From Acidimicrobiales bacterium (GTDB lineage: Bacteria > Actinomycetota > Acidimicrobiia > Acidimicrobiales > CADCSY01): a stretch of 44,843 nt of DNA. The position numbers were made by a program, and so were the translations under genes. Location: positions 1 to 44,843 of the forward strand of contig JBBSLC010000002.1 of assembly GCA_038255685.1 (NCBI GenBank), in the 5' to 3' direction. Below, piece after piece: positions 7,681-16,530 of this stretch. The stretch's first letter is position 1. Each line of letters begins with the position of its first letter. Under the pieces are notes generated by a model. It was not told where the DNA came from. It saw only the letters and a list, made by a program, of their open reading frames with translations, and did no database searches.

Positions 7681-10650
7681 TCAGTCGGCGATGCGCAGGG
7701 CGACGGCGGGGCGGATCTTCGACGCCTGCTGTGCGGGGCTGGCCGTGGCGGCCAGCGTGGCGAGGAACGCCAGCGTGATGATCACCGCGAGCTGCACGTA
7801 GGGCACGCCGAACTCGAGGCCGTCACCGAAGGCGCCGCTCGTGAGCAGGCGCCAGGTCGAGATCAGGGCCAGGCCGGTGCCGAGGAAGATCCCCTCGAGG
7901 GCGACGAAGCTCGACTCGGCCACGAAGGCGCGTCGCACCTGCTTGGTCCCGAAGCCGAGCGACCGCAGCACCCCGACCTCGCGCCGGCGCTCGCGCACGG
8001 CCCGCACCATCACCACGCCGATCCCGGCCACGCTGACCACGAGCCCGAGCGACAGGTAGCCCTGCATCAGCCGGAAGAACTGCAGCTGCTGGGCGAGGCC
8101 GTCTCCAACCAGTGTCCGGAACGACGTCGCCGACATCCCGTTCTCGACGAACTGCCCGTCCAACCGCTCCGCCACGACCTGGGCATCGACCCCCGGCTCG
8201 ACCGTGAAGCGCAAGAGGTTCGTGACCGCACGCTCCCCCACGAGCGAGCGGAGCCCTTCGATGCCCATGTAGGCAGGGGCCTGGCCGAAGCTGGCGTCGG
8301 CGAGGGCAGCCACTCGGGCGATCCTCGTCATCCCTGTGACGGGATCCCGCACGGTGAGCTCGTCCCCGATCGACAGCGTGGCCGTCGGCGGACCGCCACC
8401 CTGCTGCAGGAAGAACTCGTCGATGATGATCAGCGAGGGGTCGCTGAGCAGCGCACGCCACGCTCCCTCCTCAGACCCGAGCTCGGGGAGGAACGCTTGG
8501 AGCGAGGGCGGCCCACCGTCCACGAACGATGCGTCGTAGCCGCCAAGGGGCCAGCCCTCGAACTGCGCGACATCGGCTTCGTCGCGCAGCGAGACGACGT
8601 CGAACTGCGCGCCGACCGTCGCCAGCGGGGCCACGGCGGCGACACCTTCCGTGGCGGCGACCGCATCGACCGGGACCGGGTTGCTCGCGTTGGAGAAGGC
8701 CTGGCCGTCGAAGCCGCCGGCGATGTCGGCGGTGAAGTCGTCGACCTGCTGGCCGAACACGCCGCTGAAGAGCGTGATCGACACGAGCGTGAACATCACC
8801 AACGTGAAGGTGGACAGGATCAGCGACGTCCGGAACGACTTGGCCAGCGGGTACGCGAGACCGAGCCGGAGGGACATGTTCTTGCTCCCGCCTCCAGCCC
8901 GGCGCACCACGCCGCCGATGACGGCCTGGTGGCGGCTCACGAGCACGACCCCGGCGACGCTGAGCACGACCCCGTCGAGCACGAACAGCGAGATGTCTGG
9001 GTTGGTGAACACGTCCCCGGCGACGTCGAAGCAGAACGTGGCCCACACCAGGCTGACGATCGCAGCCACGGAGTCGACCAGCTTCTTGGGCGCCCACCTC
9101 CGCAGCACGATCGCTGCGCCCATGGCGAGCAGGGGTGGCCCGATCAGCAGGGGCGCAGGCGAGCGCTCGGCCAGACCGGTGCTCGTGAGGAGCCCGCCGG
9201 CGGCGGCGACGAACGCACCTGCGACGACCGTGCGGTTCCGCTGGCGCACGACGGTCGGCTCGGGGAGGTCCCGGATGGCGCGGATGACGTTGAGGCGGGA
9301 GATCCAGAGCGAGGTGGCAAGGACGGTGAGCAGGGAGAACACGAAGCCGATGAGGAAGCCCTGCTGGATGCTGGCCGCGCTGGCAGTGAACTCCAGCTCG
9401 AGGGCGAACTGGCCGTCGCCTCCGAAGATGCCGGCGGTGACGGCGACGATGGCGCGCCCGACGCCGATGCCGGCGATCGTGCCCAGGGCAGCAGCGCCGA
9501 GGGAGTACATCCACCCTTCGAGCGAGAACGTGCCGACCAGCCCCGAGCGCTTGAGGCCGACGGCTCGGAGCATGCCGAGCTCGGTCTTCCGCTCCTCGGC
9601 GAGCATGATGAAGATCGAGATCAGCAGCAGGATCCCTGCGAGGGCGCTGAAGGTCCCGAGGGCGGTGAAGAGCTGGGTGAACGAGGCGCCCTGGGCGTCG
9701 GCGGCCTCGAGGAGGTCCTGCTTGACCGGTGAGGTCTGGCCGGTCACACCCGCAGCGGCCAGCGCGGGCTCGAGCACGTCGACGGTCACGGCCGCCGATC
9801 GGGCTGCGCCCTCGATGACGTCGCCTCGGTTCGAGACGGCGACGAACGAACCCGGAGGGGAGCCGGCGCCCGGGTCGGCACCAGCGAGCTCGGTGATCGT
9901 CCCTGGCGTCACGAAGAGGTTGCGCGACTGGCTCCCGAAGCCGAGATCGAAGCCGGCGACACCGCGGCGTGGCACGACCCGGTCGATGGTGAAGGTGCGG
10001 ATGCCGCCGTAGGCAAAGACCTCGACCGCGTCGCCCGGCTCGACCTCGAGGGTGCGCGCGAGGTCGGCGCCGATCACCGCGGTCCCGGGTCCGGGGGTGG
10101 CGCCGGAGATGCCGGTCGCCTCAGGATCGTCGCCAAAGGCGCGCGCCGCTGCGAAGTCGACCTCGAGCAAGGTGGCGTTGGGCTCCGCCCGTCGCTCGGC
10201 CCCCTCGACCGAGGTGGCGATGCTGGCGGCGATCGAGGCGATGGCGAGCACCCCGTCGACGTCGTCTCCCGGCGCCTGCTCGATGGCCGCGACCACCGCG
10301 GCACGATCACCGAGGGCGCTCGTCCCGATGACCTCGTCGACGGGGCCGAGCTTGGAGAACGCACCCTGGCGGATGGAGCTGCCGAGGGTGTCGCCGACCG
10401 TCGCCGAGCCGGTGATGATCGCCGTGCCGAGCAGTGCGCCGAGCAGGATCAGCGCCGTCTCCCGCGGCCGGCGGGAGGCGTTGCGGAGCGCCAGCCTGCG
10501 CAGCACCGGCTTGCGGGCGGCGACCACGAGGAACGGGATCGAGAGGACGATGACGGGGATCGGCAGGAAGCCGATGGCGACGAGCCCGACCGTGAGCACC
10601 AGCCCGATCGTCCCTGCCACGAGTCGTCCGAGACGGTTGGACAGGTGCAT
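7681..10650 (-). CDS. ABC transporter permease, duplicated FtsX/MacB type (989 aa)
   Basis: Two FtsX-like helix bundles are separated by large extracytoplasmic regions. The start ATG shares a base with the stop of the upstream ATPase gene. Confidence 0.85.
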   Translation of the reverse strand: MHLSNRLGRLVAGTIGLVLTVGLVAIGFLPIPVIVLSIPFLVVAARKPVLRRLALRNASRRPRETALILLGALLGTAIITGSATVGDTLGSSIRQGAFSKLGPVDEVIGTSALGDRAAVVAAIEQAPGDDVDGVLAIASIAASIATSVEGAERRAEPNATLLEVDFAAARAFGDDPEATGISGATPGPGTAVIGADLARTLEVEPGDAVEVFAYGGIRTFTIDRVVPRRGVAGFDLGFGSQSRNLFVTPGTITELAGADPGAGSPPGSFVAVSNRGDVIEGAARSAAVTVDVLEPALAAAGVTGQTSPVKQDLLEAADAQGASFTQLFTALGTFSALAGILLLISIFIMLAEERKTELGMLRAVGLKRSGLVGTFSLEGWMYSLGAAALGTIAGIGVGRAIVAVTAGIFGGDGQFALELEFTASAASIQQGFLIGFVFSLLTVLATSLWISRLNVIRAIRDLPEPTVVRQRNRTVVAGAFVAAAGGLLTSTGLAERSPAPLLIGPPLLAMGAAIVLRRWAPKKLVDSVAAIVSLVWATFCFDVAGDVFTNPDISLFVLDGVVLSVAGVVLVSRHQAVIGGVVRRAGGGSKNMSLRLGLAYPLAKSFRTSLILSTFTLVMFTLVSITLFSGVFGQQVDDFTADIAGGFDGQAFSNASNPVPVDAVAATEGVAAVAPLATVGAQFDVVSLRDEADVAQFEGWPLGGYDASFVDGGPPSLQAFLPELGSEEGAWRALLSDPSLIIIDEFFLQQGGGPPTATLSIGDELTVRDPVTGMTRIARVAALADASFGQAPAYMGIEGLRSLVGERAVTNLLRFTVEPGVDAQVVAERLDGQFVENGMSATSFRTLVGDGLAQQLQFFRLMQGYLSLGLVVSVAGIGVVMVRAVRERRREVGVLRSLGFGTKQVRRAFVAESSFVALEGIFLGTGLALISTWRLLTSGAFGDGLEFGVPYVQLAVIITLAFLATLAATASPAQQASKIRPAVALRIAD

Positions 10651-11411
10651 CAGCGAAGGCGTTCGTCGCGGACGATCACGCCGTCGCGCATGGCGATCCG
10701 CCGTTCGGCGGACGCACCGATGCCCTCGTCGTGGGTCACGAGGATGAGCGTGAGCCCGTCGCGGTGGAGCTCGTCGAGCAGTCCCATCACCGCGTCGGCG
10801 GTGTCGGAGTCGAGGTTTCCCGTGGGCTCGTCGGCCCAGACGATCGAAGGTCGACCGGCGAGGGCCCGGGCGATCGTGACCCGCTGCTGCTCACCACCGG
10901 AGAGCTCGGTCGGGCGGTGGTTCAGGCGGTGTCCGAGGTTCACCCGCTCGAGCGTCTCGATGGCCGCCTGGCGCGCCTCCCGGGCCGGCGAGCCGGCGAG
11001 GAGCAGCGGGAGCTCGACGTTCTCGGTGGCGGTGAACACTGGGATGAGGTTGAACGCCTGGAAGATGAAGCCCATCGTCGACGCTCGGTGCTTCGTGCGG
11101 CGGGCATCGCTCATGGCGTGGATGTCCTCGCCGTCGATGAGGACCGATCCCCCGTCGATGTCGTCGAGACCCGAGAGGCAGTTGAGCAACGTCGTCTTGC
11201 CTGAGCCCGAGGTCCCCATCACGGCGAGGAACTCACCCGCGCCGACCGTGAGGTCCACCGCCTTCAGGGCGTCGACGCTCTCGGCGCCCGTGCGGTACAC
11301 CTTGGTGACGCCGGTGGCGGCGAGGAGCGGCGAGCCGGGCGGACGCTCCGTGTCGAGGGGCGCATCCGAGAGGGCGGTCATGGGCCGAAAGGTACCCGAC
11401 CTCTCCGTCAC
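10650..11411 (-). CDS. ABC transporter ATP-binding protein (MacB/LolD-like)
   Basis: Walker A GTSGSGKTT, signature LSGGEQQRV, Walker B IVWADEPTGNLD. The start could instead be the second Met, at 11381. Confidence 0.9.
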   Translation of the reverse strand: MTERSGTFRPMTALSDAPLDTERPPGSPLLAATGVTKVYRTGAESVDALKAVDLTVGAGEFLAVMGTSGSGKTTLLNCLSGLDDIDGGSVLIDGEDIHAMSDARRTKHRASTMGFIFQAFNLIPVFTATENVELPLLLAGSPAREARQAAIETLERVNLGHRLNHRPTELSGGEQQRVTIARALAGRPSIVWADEPTGNLDSDTADAVMGLLDELHRDGLTLILVTHDEGIGASAERRIAMRDGVIVRDERLR

Positions 11412-11424
11412 GCTGGGTGAGATA

Positions 11425-11458
11425 TGACCGATGTCACCCGACCTGACCGATGGTCAGG
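11425..11458. promoter_or_regulatory. Paired operator-like sites sharing TGACCGATG
   Basis: TGAC-CGAT-GTCA (11425-11436) and the perfect 7-bp-arm palindrome CCTGACC-GAT-GGTCAGG (11442-11458). They lie between the divergent ABC ATPase and thiolase genes. Confidence 0.3.
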
Positions 11459-11540
11459 ATTACCGGCCGGACGAGGCCGTCGCTACGCTCGGCGCGCGCC
11501 ACGACAGCCGTGGCAGCGCTATCGAGGGGGAGCCACCACC

Positions 11541-12701
11541 ATGGCTGAAGCCGTCATCGTCGCCACTGCCCGCACGCCGATCGGCCGGGCCTTCAAGGGT
11601 TCGCTGGCCGAGGCCCGGCCCGACGACATGGGGGGCTTCATCATCGACACCCTCATGAACAAGGTGCCCGAGGTCGACCGCGCCTCGGTCGAGGACGTCA
11701 TGATCGGCTGCGCCAACGGCGCCGGCGAGCAGAGCATGAACGTCGCCCGCAACATCGCGCTGCTGGCCGGCCTGCCCGACACCGTGCCCGGCACCACCGT
11801 CAACCGGTTCTGCGCCTCGTCCCTCCAGACGATCCGCATGGCGTACCACGCCATCAAGGCCGACGAGGGCGACACGTACGTGGCCGGTGGTGTCGAGTCG
11901 GTCAGCCGCACCGGGGGCCGTGGCTTCCAGAAGGAGGACATGAACCCTCGCTTCACCAAGGGCAGCAACGACTTCATCAACAACGTGTACATCCCGATGG
12001 GCATGACCGCCGAGAACGTGGCTGCGCAGTACGGCGTCACCCGTGAGCGCCTCGACGAGTTCGCCAAGCTCAGCCAGGACCGCGCCACCGCCGCCCAAGA
12101 GAACGGCTTCTTCGACCGGGAGCTCACCCCGTACACGCTGCCCAACGGCGACGTCGTCTCGAAGGACGACTGCCCCCGCGCCGGGACCACCCTCGAGAAG
12201 CTCGCGTCGCTCCCGCCCGCGTTCAAGGAGGACGGCGTCGTCACCGCCGGCAACGCCTGCCCCCTCAACGACGGTGCTGCGGCCGTGCTCGTGATGAGCG
12301 AGGAGAAGGCCAAGAGCCTCGGCCTCAAGCCCCTCGCCCGCATCCTCGGCAGCTCGGTGTCTGGCCTCGCTCCCGAGATCATGGGCGTCGGCCCGATCGT
12401 CGCCATCCAGAAGCTGCTCGCCCTCACCGGCAAGAAGATCTCCGACGTCGACGTCGTCGAGCTCAACGAGGCCTTCGCCGCCCAGGTGCTGCCGATCTGC
12501 GACGAGATCGGCATCAGCATCGAGGACCAGCTGAACCCCCACGGCGGTGCCATCGCCCTCGGCCACCCCTTCGGCCAGACCGGTGCCCGCATCATGACGA
12601 CGCTCATCAACGACCTGCAGACCCTCGACGGGACCATCGGCATCGAGACGATGTGCGTCGGTGGCGGCCAGGGCATGGCGATGATGATCGAGCGCCTCTA
12701 G
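11541..12701 (+). CDS. Acetyl-CoA acetyltransferase (thiolase)
   Basis: NRFCASSLQ active-site Cys, GHPFGQTGAR, CVGGGQG. ATG at 11541 with GAGGGGGA upstream. The N-terminal 39 aa of the track ORF are not thiolase-like. Confidence 0.9.
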   Translation: MAEAVIVATARTPIGRAFKGSLAEARPDDMGGFIIDTLMNKVPEVDRASVEDVMIGCANGAGEQSMNVARNIALLAGLPDTVPGTTVNRFCASSLQTIRMAYHAIKADEGDTYVAGGVESVSRTGGRGFQKEDMNPRFTKGSNDFINNVYIPMGMTAENVAAQYGVTRERLDEFAKLSQDRATAAQENGFFDRELTPYTLPNGDVVSKDDCPRAGTTLEKLASLPPAFKEDGVVTAGNACPLNDGAAAVLVMSEEKAKSLGLKPLARILGSSVSGLAPEIMGVGPIVAIQKLLALTGKKISDVDVVELNEAFAAQVLPICDEIGISIEDQLNPHGGAIALGHPFGQTGARIMTTLINDLQTLDGTIGIETMCVGGGQGMAMMIERL

Positions 12702-12798
12702 CGACCGACTGCTCGGCACGCATCGCGGCCGCTCGTTTGCGGAGCGCGGCCATCGGGGACGGCTCAGGTCCAAATCACCGAGCAGCCCAGGAGCAACT

Positions 12799-12876
12799 GT
12801 GGACACCCGAGCAATCGCCGTCATCGCACTCGTCATCGCCGTCATCGTCCTGCTGATCGTGACGGGCGTCCTCTAG
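12799..12876 (+). CDS. 25-aa hydrophobic micro-protein (single TM helix)
   Basis: GTG start 6 nt after AGGAG. It reads (M)DTRAIAVIALVIAVIVLLIVTGVL then stop, with G/C at nearly all third positions. It is below the 60-aa cutoff of the ORF track. Confidence 0.4.
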   Translation: MDTRAIAVIALVIAVIVLLIVTGVL

Positions 12877-12919
12877 ACCGGACGCTCGTCCGCAAGGACG
12901 GGTACCCGCCTGACCGGGT

Positions 12920-12956
12920 CGTCGTGCTGCGGTGGACGACACCACCCAGCACGACG
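12920..12956 (+). other. Long RNA stem-loop between the micro-ORF and tauE-like gene
   Basis: CGTCGTGCTG-c-GGTGG / loop ACGACA / CCACC-CAGCACGACG, giving 15 bp with one bulge. It ends 13 nt before the TauE ATG and just before its GGAGGG Shine-Dalgarno sequence. Confidence 0.5.
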
Positions 12957-12969
12957 AACCGGAGGGCAG

Positions 12970-13800
12970 ATGGATCCAGGACCGCTGCGCGACGTCCTGA
13001 CGGCGTTGGCGGGCCTCTTCACCGGCGCCCTCTCGGGCGCCTTTGGCGTCGGTGGTGCCGTCATCTCCACACCGGCGATCCGGGCCCTCGGGGTCCCGGC
13101 CAGCATCGCCATCGGCACCACCCTCCCCTCGATCTTCCCGAGCGCCGCCGCCGGTGCACTCCGCTACCGGCGTGAGCGCCTGATCGACCGCGACGCCGTC
13201 CTCCTCACCGTGCCCGTCGGCCTCGTCGCTGCGGTGATCGGGGCCCTGCTCGCGGACGTGGCGCCGGGTGACGGCCACGTCCTGATGCTGCTCACCGCAG
13301 CCCTGCTCGGCTTCACGGCGTACCGGATGGGACGGGGGATCCCTCCCAAGGAGTCGGCGCCGCTTCCCCCCGAGGTCGGGGACCCGACCCCAGAGGCCCC
13401 GACCACGGGAGCGCCGGTCCCGACCCGGTCCAAGACGGCGTTCGCCCTCGTCGGCGGGGTCGCCGGCCTGCTGTCGGGGCTGCTCGGCATCGGCGGTGGC
13501 ATCGTGATGGTCCCCGGCTTCACCCAGCTGGCCGGTCTGTCGATCAAGTCCGCCATCGCGACCTCGCTCGTGTGCGTGGCTGCCTTTGCCGTGCCCGGCA
13601 CGATCACCCACGCTGCGCTCGGCAACATCGACTGGCGGGTCGCCGCTTTCCTCACCCTCACCGTCATCCCCGGTTCGCGACTCGGAGCCGCGGCCACGAT
13701 GCGGGCGAGCGATCGGACGCTGCGCCAGGTGGTCGCCGGCTTCCTCGCCGTCGTCGCCGTGCTCTACGCCGCCGGCGAGCTCGTCGCCCTCGTCGGCTGA
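12970..13800 (+). CDS. TauE/SafE (DUF81) family anion exporter
   Basis: Polytopic membrane protein with the duplicated G-x-GGG-x3-P-type helices typical of the family. Confidence 0.75.
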   Translation: MDPGPLRDVLTALAGLFTGALSGAFGVGGAVISTPAIRALGVPASIAIGTTLPSIFPSAAAGALRYRRERLIDRDAVLLTVPVGLVAAVIGALLADVAPGDGHVLMLLTAALLGFTAYRMGRGIPPKESAPLPPEVGDPTPEAPTTGAPVPTRSKTAFALVGGVAGLLSGLLGIGGGIVMVPGFTQLAGLSIKSAIATSLVCVAAFAVPGTITHAALGNIDWRVAAFLTLTVIPGSRLGAAATMRASDRTLRQVVAGFLAVVAVLYAAGELVALVG

Positions 13801-13812
13801 GCCCGAGCGGGG

Positions 13813-14574
13813 TCAGGCGCCGAGCGCTCGTGCCCGGGCGAACACGGCGTCGAACATGGGCTCGGTGAGCGTGCCGGTGAAGGTGTTCTGCTGGCTCGGG
13901 TGGTACGAGCTGAGCAGCGTGCGGCCGTCGGGGAGCGCGACCTCGGCGAGGTGGCCGAACCGGGGCCGGGGACGGAGGCCGAGGGTGCCGGCCACGACCT
14001 GGTGGGCGAAGGAGCCGAGCACCACGATGACGGCCACCTCGGTGAGCAGCGCCAGCTCCCGTCGTAGGTACGGGAGGCAGGCGTCGCGCTCGGCCGGCGT
14101 GGGCTTGTTGGCGGGAGGAGCGCAGCGCACGGCGGCGTTGACCCACGCCCCGGTCAGCGCCAGGCCGTCGTCCCTCGTCACGCTCTCGGCCTGGTTGGCG
14201 TAGCCCGCCCTGTGCATCGCCCGGAACAGCCAGTCAGCGCTGCGGTCGCCGGTGAAGACCCGTCCGGTGCGGTTGCCACCGTGGGCGGCGGGGGCGAGGC
14301 CGACGACGAGCAGGCGTGCGCCAGGGTCACCGAAGCCGGCGAGGGGCCGACCCCAGTACTCCTCGCTGGCGAACGACGCACGCTTCTCGGTGGCCGTGGT
14401 CGCTCGCCACTCGACGAGTCGGGGACAGGCGAAGCAGGTCTCGATCTCCGCGCCGACGTTGTCGAGCGTGTCCCTCTCGACGTCCACCTCCGGGGGCATG
14501 ACGTGGTCACCGGGGAGCGCGCCGAAGGTCCAGATCGGGGTGCGCGCACCACGAGGGCGGTGCGTCGAAGCCAT
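13813..14574 (-). CDS. udgB: Uracil-DNA glycosylase, family 5 (UdgB-like)
   Basis: GLAPAAHGGNRTGR motif A and HPSQQN motif B, with Cys ligands CFACPRL. I chose the start at the Met at 14574; 14628 is also possible. Confidence 0.75.
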   Translation of the reverse strand: MASTHRPRGARTPIWTFGALPGDHVMPPEVDVERDTLDNVGAEIETCFACPRLVEWRATTATEKRASFASEEYWGRPLAGFGDPGARLLVVGLAPAAHGGNRTGRVFTGDRSADWLFRAMHRAGYANQAESVTRDDGLALTGAWVNAAVRCAPPANKPTPAERDACLPYLRRELALLTEVAVIVVLGSFAHQVVAGTLGLRPRPRFGHLAEVALPDGRTLLSSYHPSQQNTFTGTLTEPMFDAVFARARALGA

Positions 14575-14642
14575 GGGGGCCACGGTAGGTTGGCTCGATC
14601 GCCCCCCGAACGACACGACCCAAGCCACCCCCGTCCACCCTC

Positions 14643-15254
14643 GTGCTGCTCGTCCGCCATGGCCAGACGCCGACGACGGGCAAGACGCTGCCGGGCCGCG
14701 CGCCGGGGCTCCACCTCGCTGACACCGGCGTCGCCCAGGCCGAGGCCGTGGCCGAGCGGATCGCTGCGCTGAAGCAGGTCGATGCGATCTACGCGTCGCC
14801 GCTCGAGCGCACCCGCGAGACGGCCAAGCCCATCGGCAAGGCGCGCGACCTGAAGGTCACCATCGACCGTGGGCTGCTCGAGTGCGACTTCGGCGAGTGG
14901 ACCGGGTCCGAGCTCAAGGAGCTGTCGAAGCTCCCCGCGTGGACGACCGTCCAGCGCTACCCGAGCGGCTTCCGCTTTCCGGGGGGCGAGTCCTTCGCCG
15001 AGATGCAGACCCGCATCACCGGTGCCGTGGCCACCCTCGTCGAACGCCATCCCGGAGGCGTCGTCGTCGCCGTCTCCCACGCCGACCCGATCAAGGCAGC
15101 GGTCGCCTCCGCCCTCGGGACCCACCTCGACCTCTTCCAGCGCATCGTCGTGTCGCCGTGCTCGGTCACAGCCATCAGCTATGGCGCCGCTGGGCCGATC
15201 GTGCTCACGGTGAACTCGATGACCGGCCCCCTCTCCGAGCTGGCGCCGTCATGA
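14643..15254 (+). CDS. Histidine-phosphatase superfamily protein, MSMEG_4193-type putative phosphomutase
   Basis: N-terminal LVRHG catalytic motif and SHADPIK. It is immediately followed by DUF3090 and a PI-kinase-like gene, which is the conserved trio. Confidence 0.75.
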   Translation: MLLVRHGQTPTTGKTLPGRAPGLHLADTGVAQAEAVAERIAALKQVDAIYASPLERTRETAKPIGKARDLKVTIDRGLLECDFGEWTGSELKELSKLPAWTTVQRYPSGFRFPGGESFAEMQTRITGAVATLVERHPGGVVVAVSHADPIKAAVASALGTHLDLFQRIVVSPCSVTAISYGAAGPIVLTVNSMTGPLSELAPS

Positions 15255-15313
15255 GCGAGCACAGCGAGCGTGGCCCGAGCGGCCCGGCCGCAGGCCGAGA
15301 GCGGATGACATGA
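15251..15313 (+). repeat. MIRU-like intercistronic repeat, copy A (20-codon mini-ORF MSEHSERGPSGPAAGRERMT)
   Basis: 60/63 nt identical to the reverse complement of 28241-28303. Its ATG overlaps the phosphomutase stop (ATGA, 15251-15254) and its TGA overlaps the DUF3090 ATG (ATGA, 15310-15313). Confidence 0.9.
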
Positions 15314-15831
15314 GCAGCTCGTTCGAGATGCCCGACGTCGACCGGTTCACCGCCGGCACGGTGGGTGAGCCCGGGGCCCGCGTCTTCTACATCCAGGCGG
15401 TCGCCGGTGCCCAGGTCGTGACGCTGCGCCTCGAGAAGGGCCAGGTCGCCGCGATGGCGCAGCACCTCGCCGAGATGCTCGTCGACCTCCCGGCACCGAC
15501 GCCGGACGAGATCCCCGACGACCTCGACCTCATCGAGCCCGCCATCGCCGAGTGGGTCGTCGGCCAGCTCGGCGTGGTCTTCGACACCGAGCGCGACCGG
15601 TTGCTCCTGCAGGCGGAGGAGGTCGGCGAGCTCGACGAGGAGGGCGAGCTCCTCCCGAACCCCGACGCCGGGTCCGCCCGCCTCGCGCTCACCCGCGGCC
15701 AGGTGGCTGGCTTCATCGTGCGCGCTGCCACCCTCGTGGCCTCGGGCCGCCCGCCCTGTCCTCTCTGCAACCGCCCGCTCGACCCCGAAGGGCACGTGTG
15801 CATCAAGACGAACGGGCACAAGCCGCACTGA
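15310..15831 (+). CDS. DUF3090 family protein
   Basis: Characteristic N-terminus FTAGTVGEPGARVFYIQA and C-terminal CPLCNRPLDPEGHVCIKTNGH. Confidence 0.8.
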   Translation: MSSSFEMPDVDRFTAGTVGEPGARVFYIQAVAGAQVVTLRLEKGQVAAMAQHLAEMLVDLPAPTPDEIPDDLDLIEPAIAEWVVGQLGVVFDTERDRLLLQAEEVGELDEEGELLPNPDAGSARLALTRGQVAGFIVRAATLVASGRPPCPLCNRPLDPEGHVCIKTNGHKPH

Positions 15832-16514
15832 CCCTGCTCCACGACGGCGAGCTCGAGATCAAGGGCCGCATGCCGTGGAGCTCGAACGGCACCTACCTGG
15901 TCGAGGCGACCCTCGGTGACGAGGCGGGCCTCGCCGTCTACAAACCTGGCCGGGGCGAGCGCCCGCTCTGGGACTTCCCCCGGGGCCTGTACCGGCGTGA
16001 GGCGGCGGCGTGGGTCCTCTCCGAGCTGCTCGGGTGGGGCCTCGTCCCCGAGACGATCGTGCGCGACGGACCCCTCGGCGAGGGCTCGGTGCAGCGCTTC
16101 GTCGAGGCCGACTTCGAGCAGCACTACTTCACGCTGTACGAGGACGAGGCGAACCACCCGACCTTCCGGGCCATGGCGGCCTTCGACGTGGTCGCCAACA
16201 ACACGGACCGCAAGTCCGGCCACTGCCTGCGCTCCACTGCTGACGGCCGCATCTACGGCATCGACAACGGGCTCTGCTTCCACCCGGAGCCCAAGGTGCG
16301 CACGGTGATCTGGGAGTTCGGCGGCGAGCCCCTGTCCGAGGAGCTGCTCGCCGACCTGTGCGCCCTGCCCGCGCTCCTGCCGGGAGGGCTCGCCGCCTTG
16401 CTCGACGAGGAGGAGCTGGAGGGTGTCGCCGACCGGGCGGCGTGGCTCGTCGAGACCGGCGAGCTCCCCGAGCCCGACCCCTACGGCCGCTGCTACCCCT
16501 GGCCCCTCGTGTGA
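15798..16514 (+). CDS. SCO1664-family protein (PI3/PI4-kinase-like fold)
   Basis: NNTDRKSGH and IDNGLCF catalytic-loop-like motifs. The start is uncertain: GTG at 15798 (overlaps DUF3090 by 34 nt) or ATG at 15870. Confidence 0.7.
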   Translation: MHQDERAQAALTLLHDGELEIKGRMPWSSNGTYLVEATLGDEAGLAVYKPGRGERPLWDFPRGLYRREAAAWVLSELLGWGLVPETIVRDGPLGEGSVQRFVEADFEQHYFTLYEDEANHPTFRAMAAFDVVANNTDRKSGHCLRSTADGRIYGIDNGLCFHPEPKVRTVIWEFGGEPLSEELLADLCALPALLPGGLAALLDEEELEGVADRAAWLVETGELPEPDPYGRCYPWPLV

Positions 16515-16530
16515 CCTGCGACCGAGGGGC

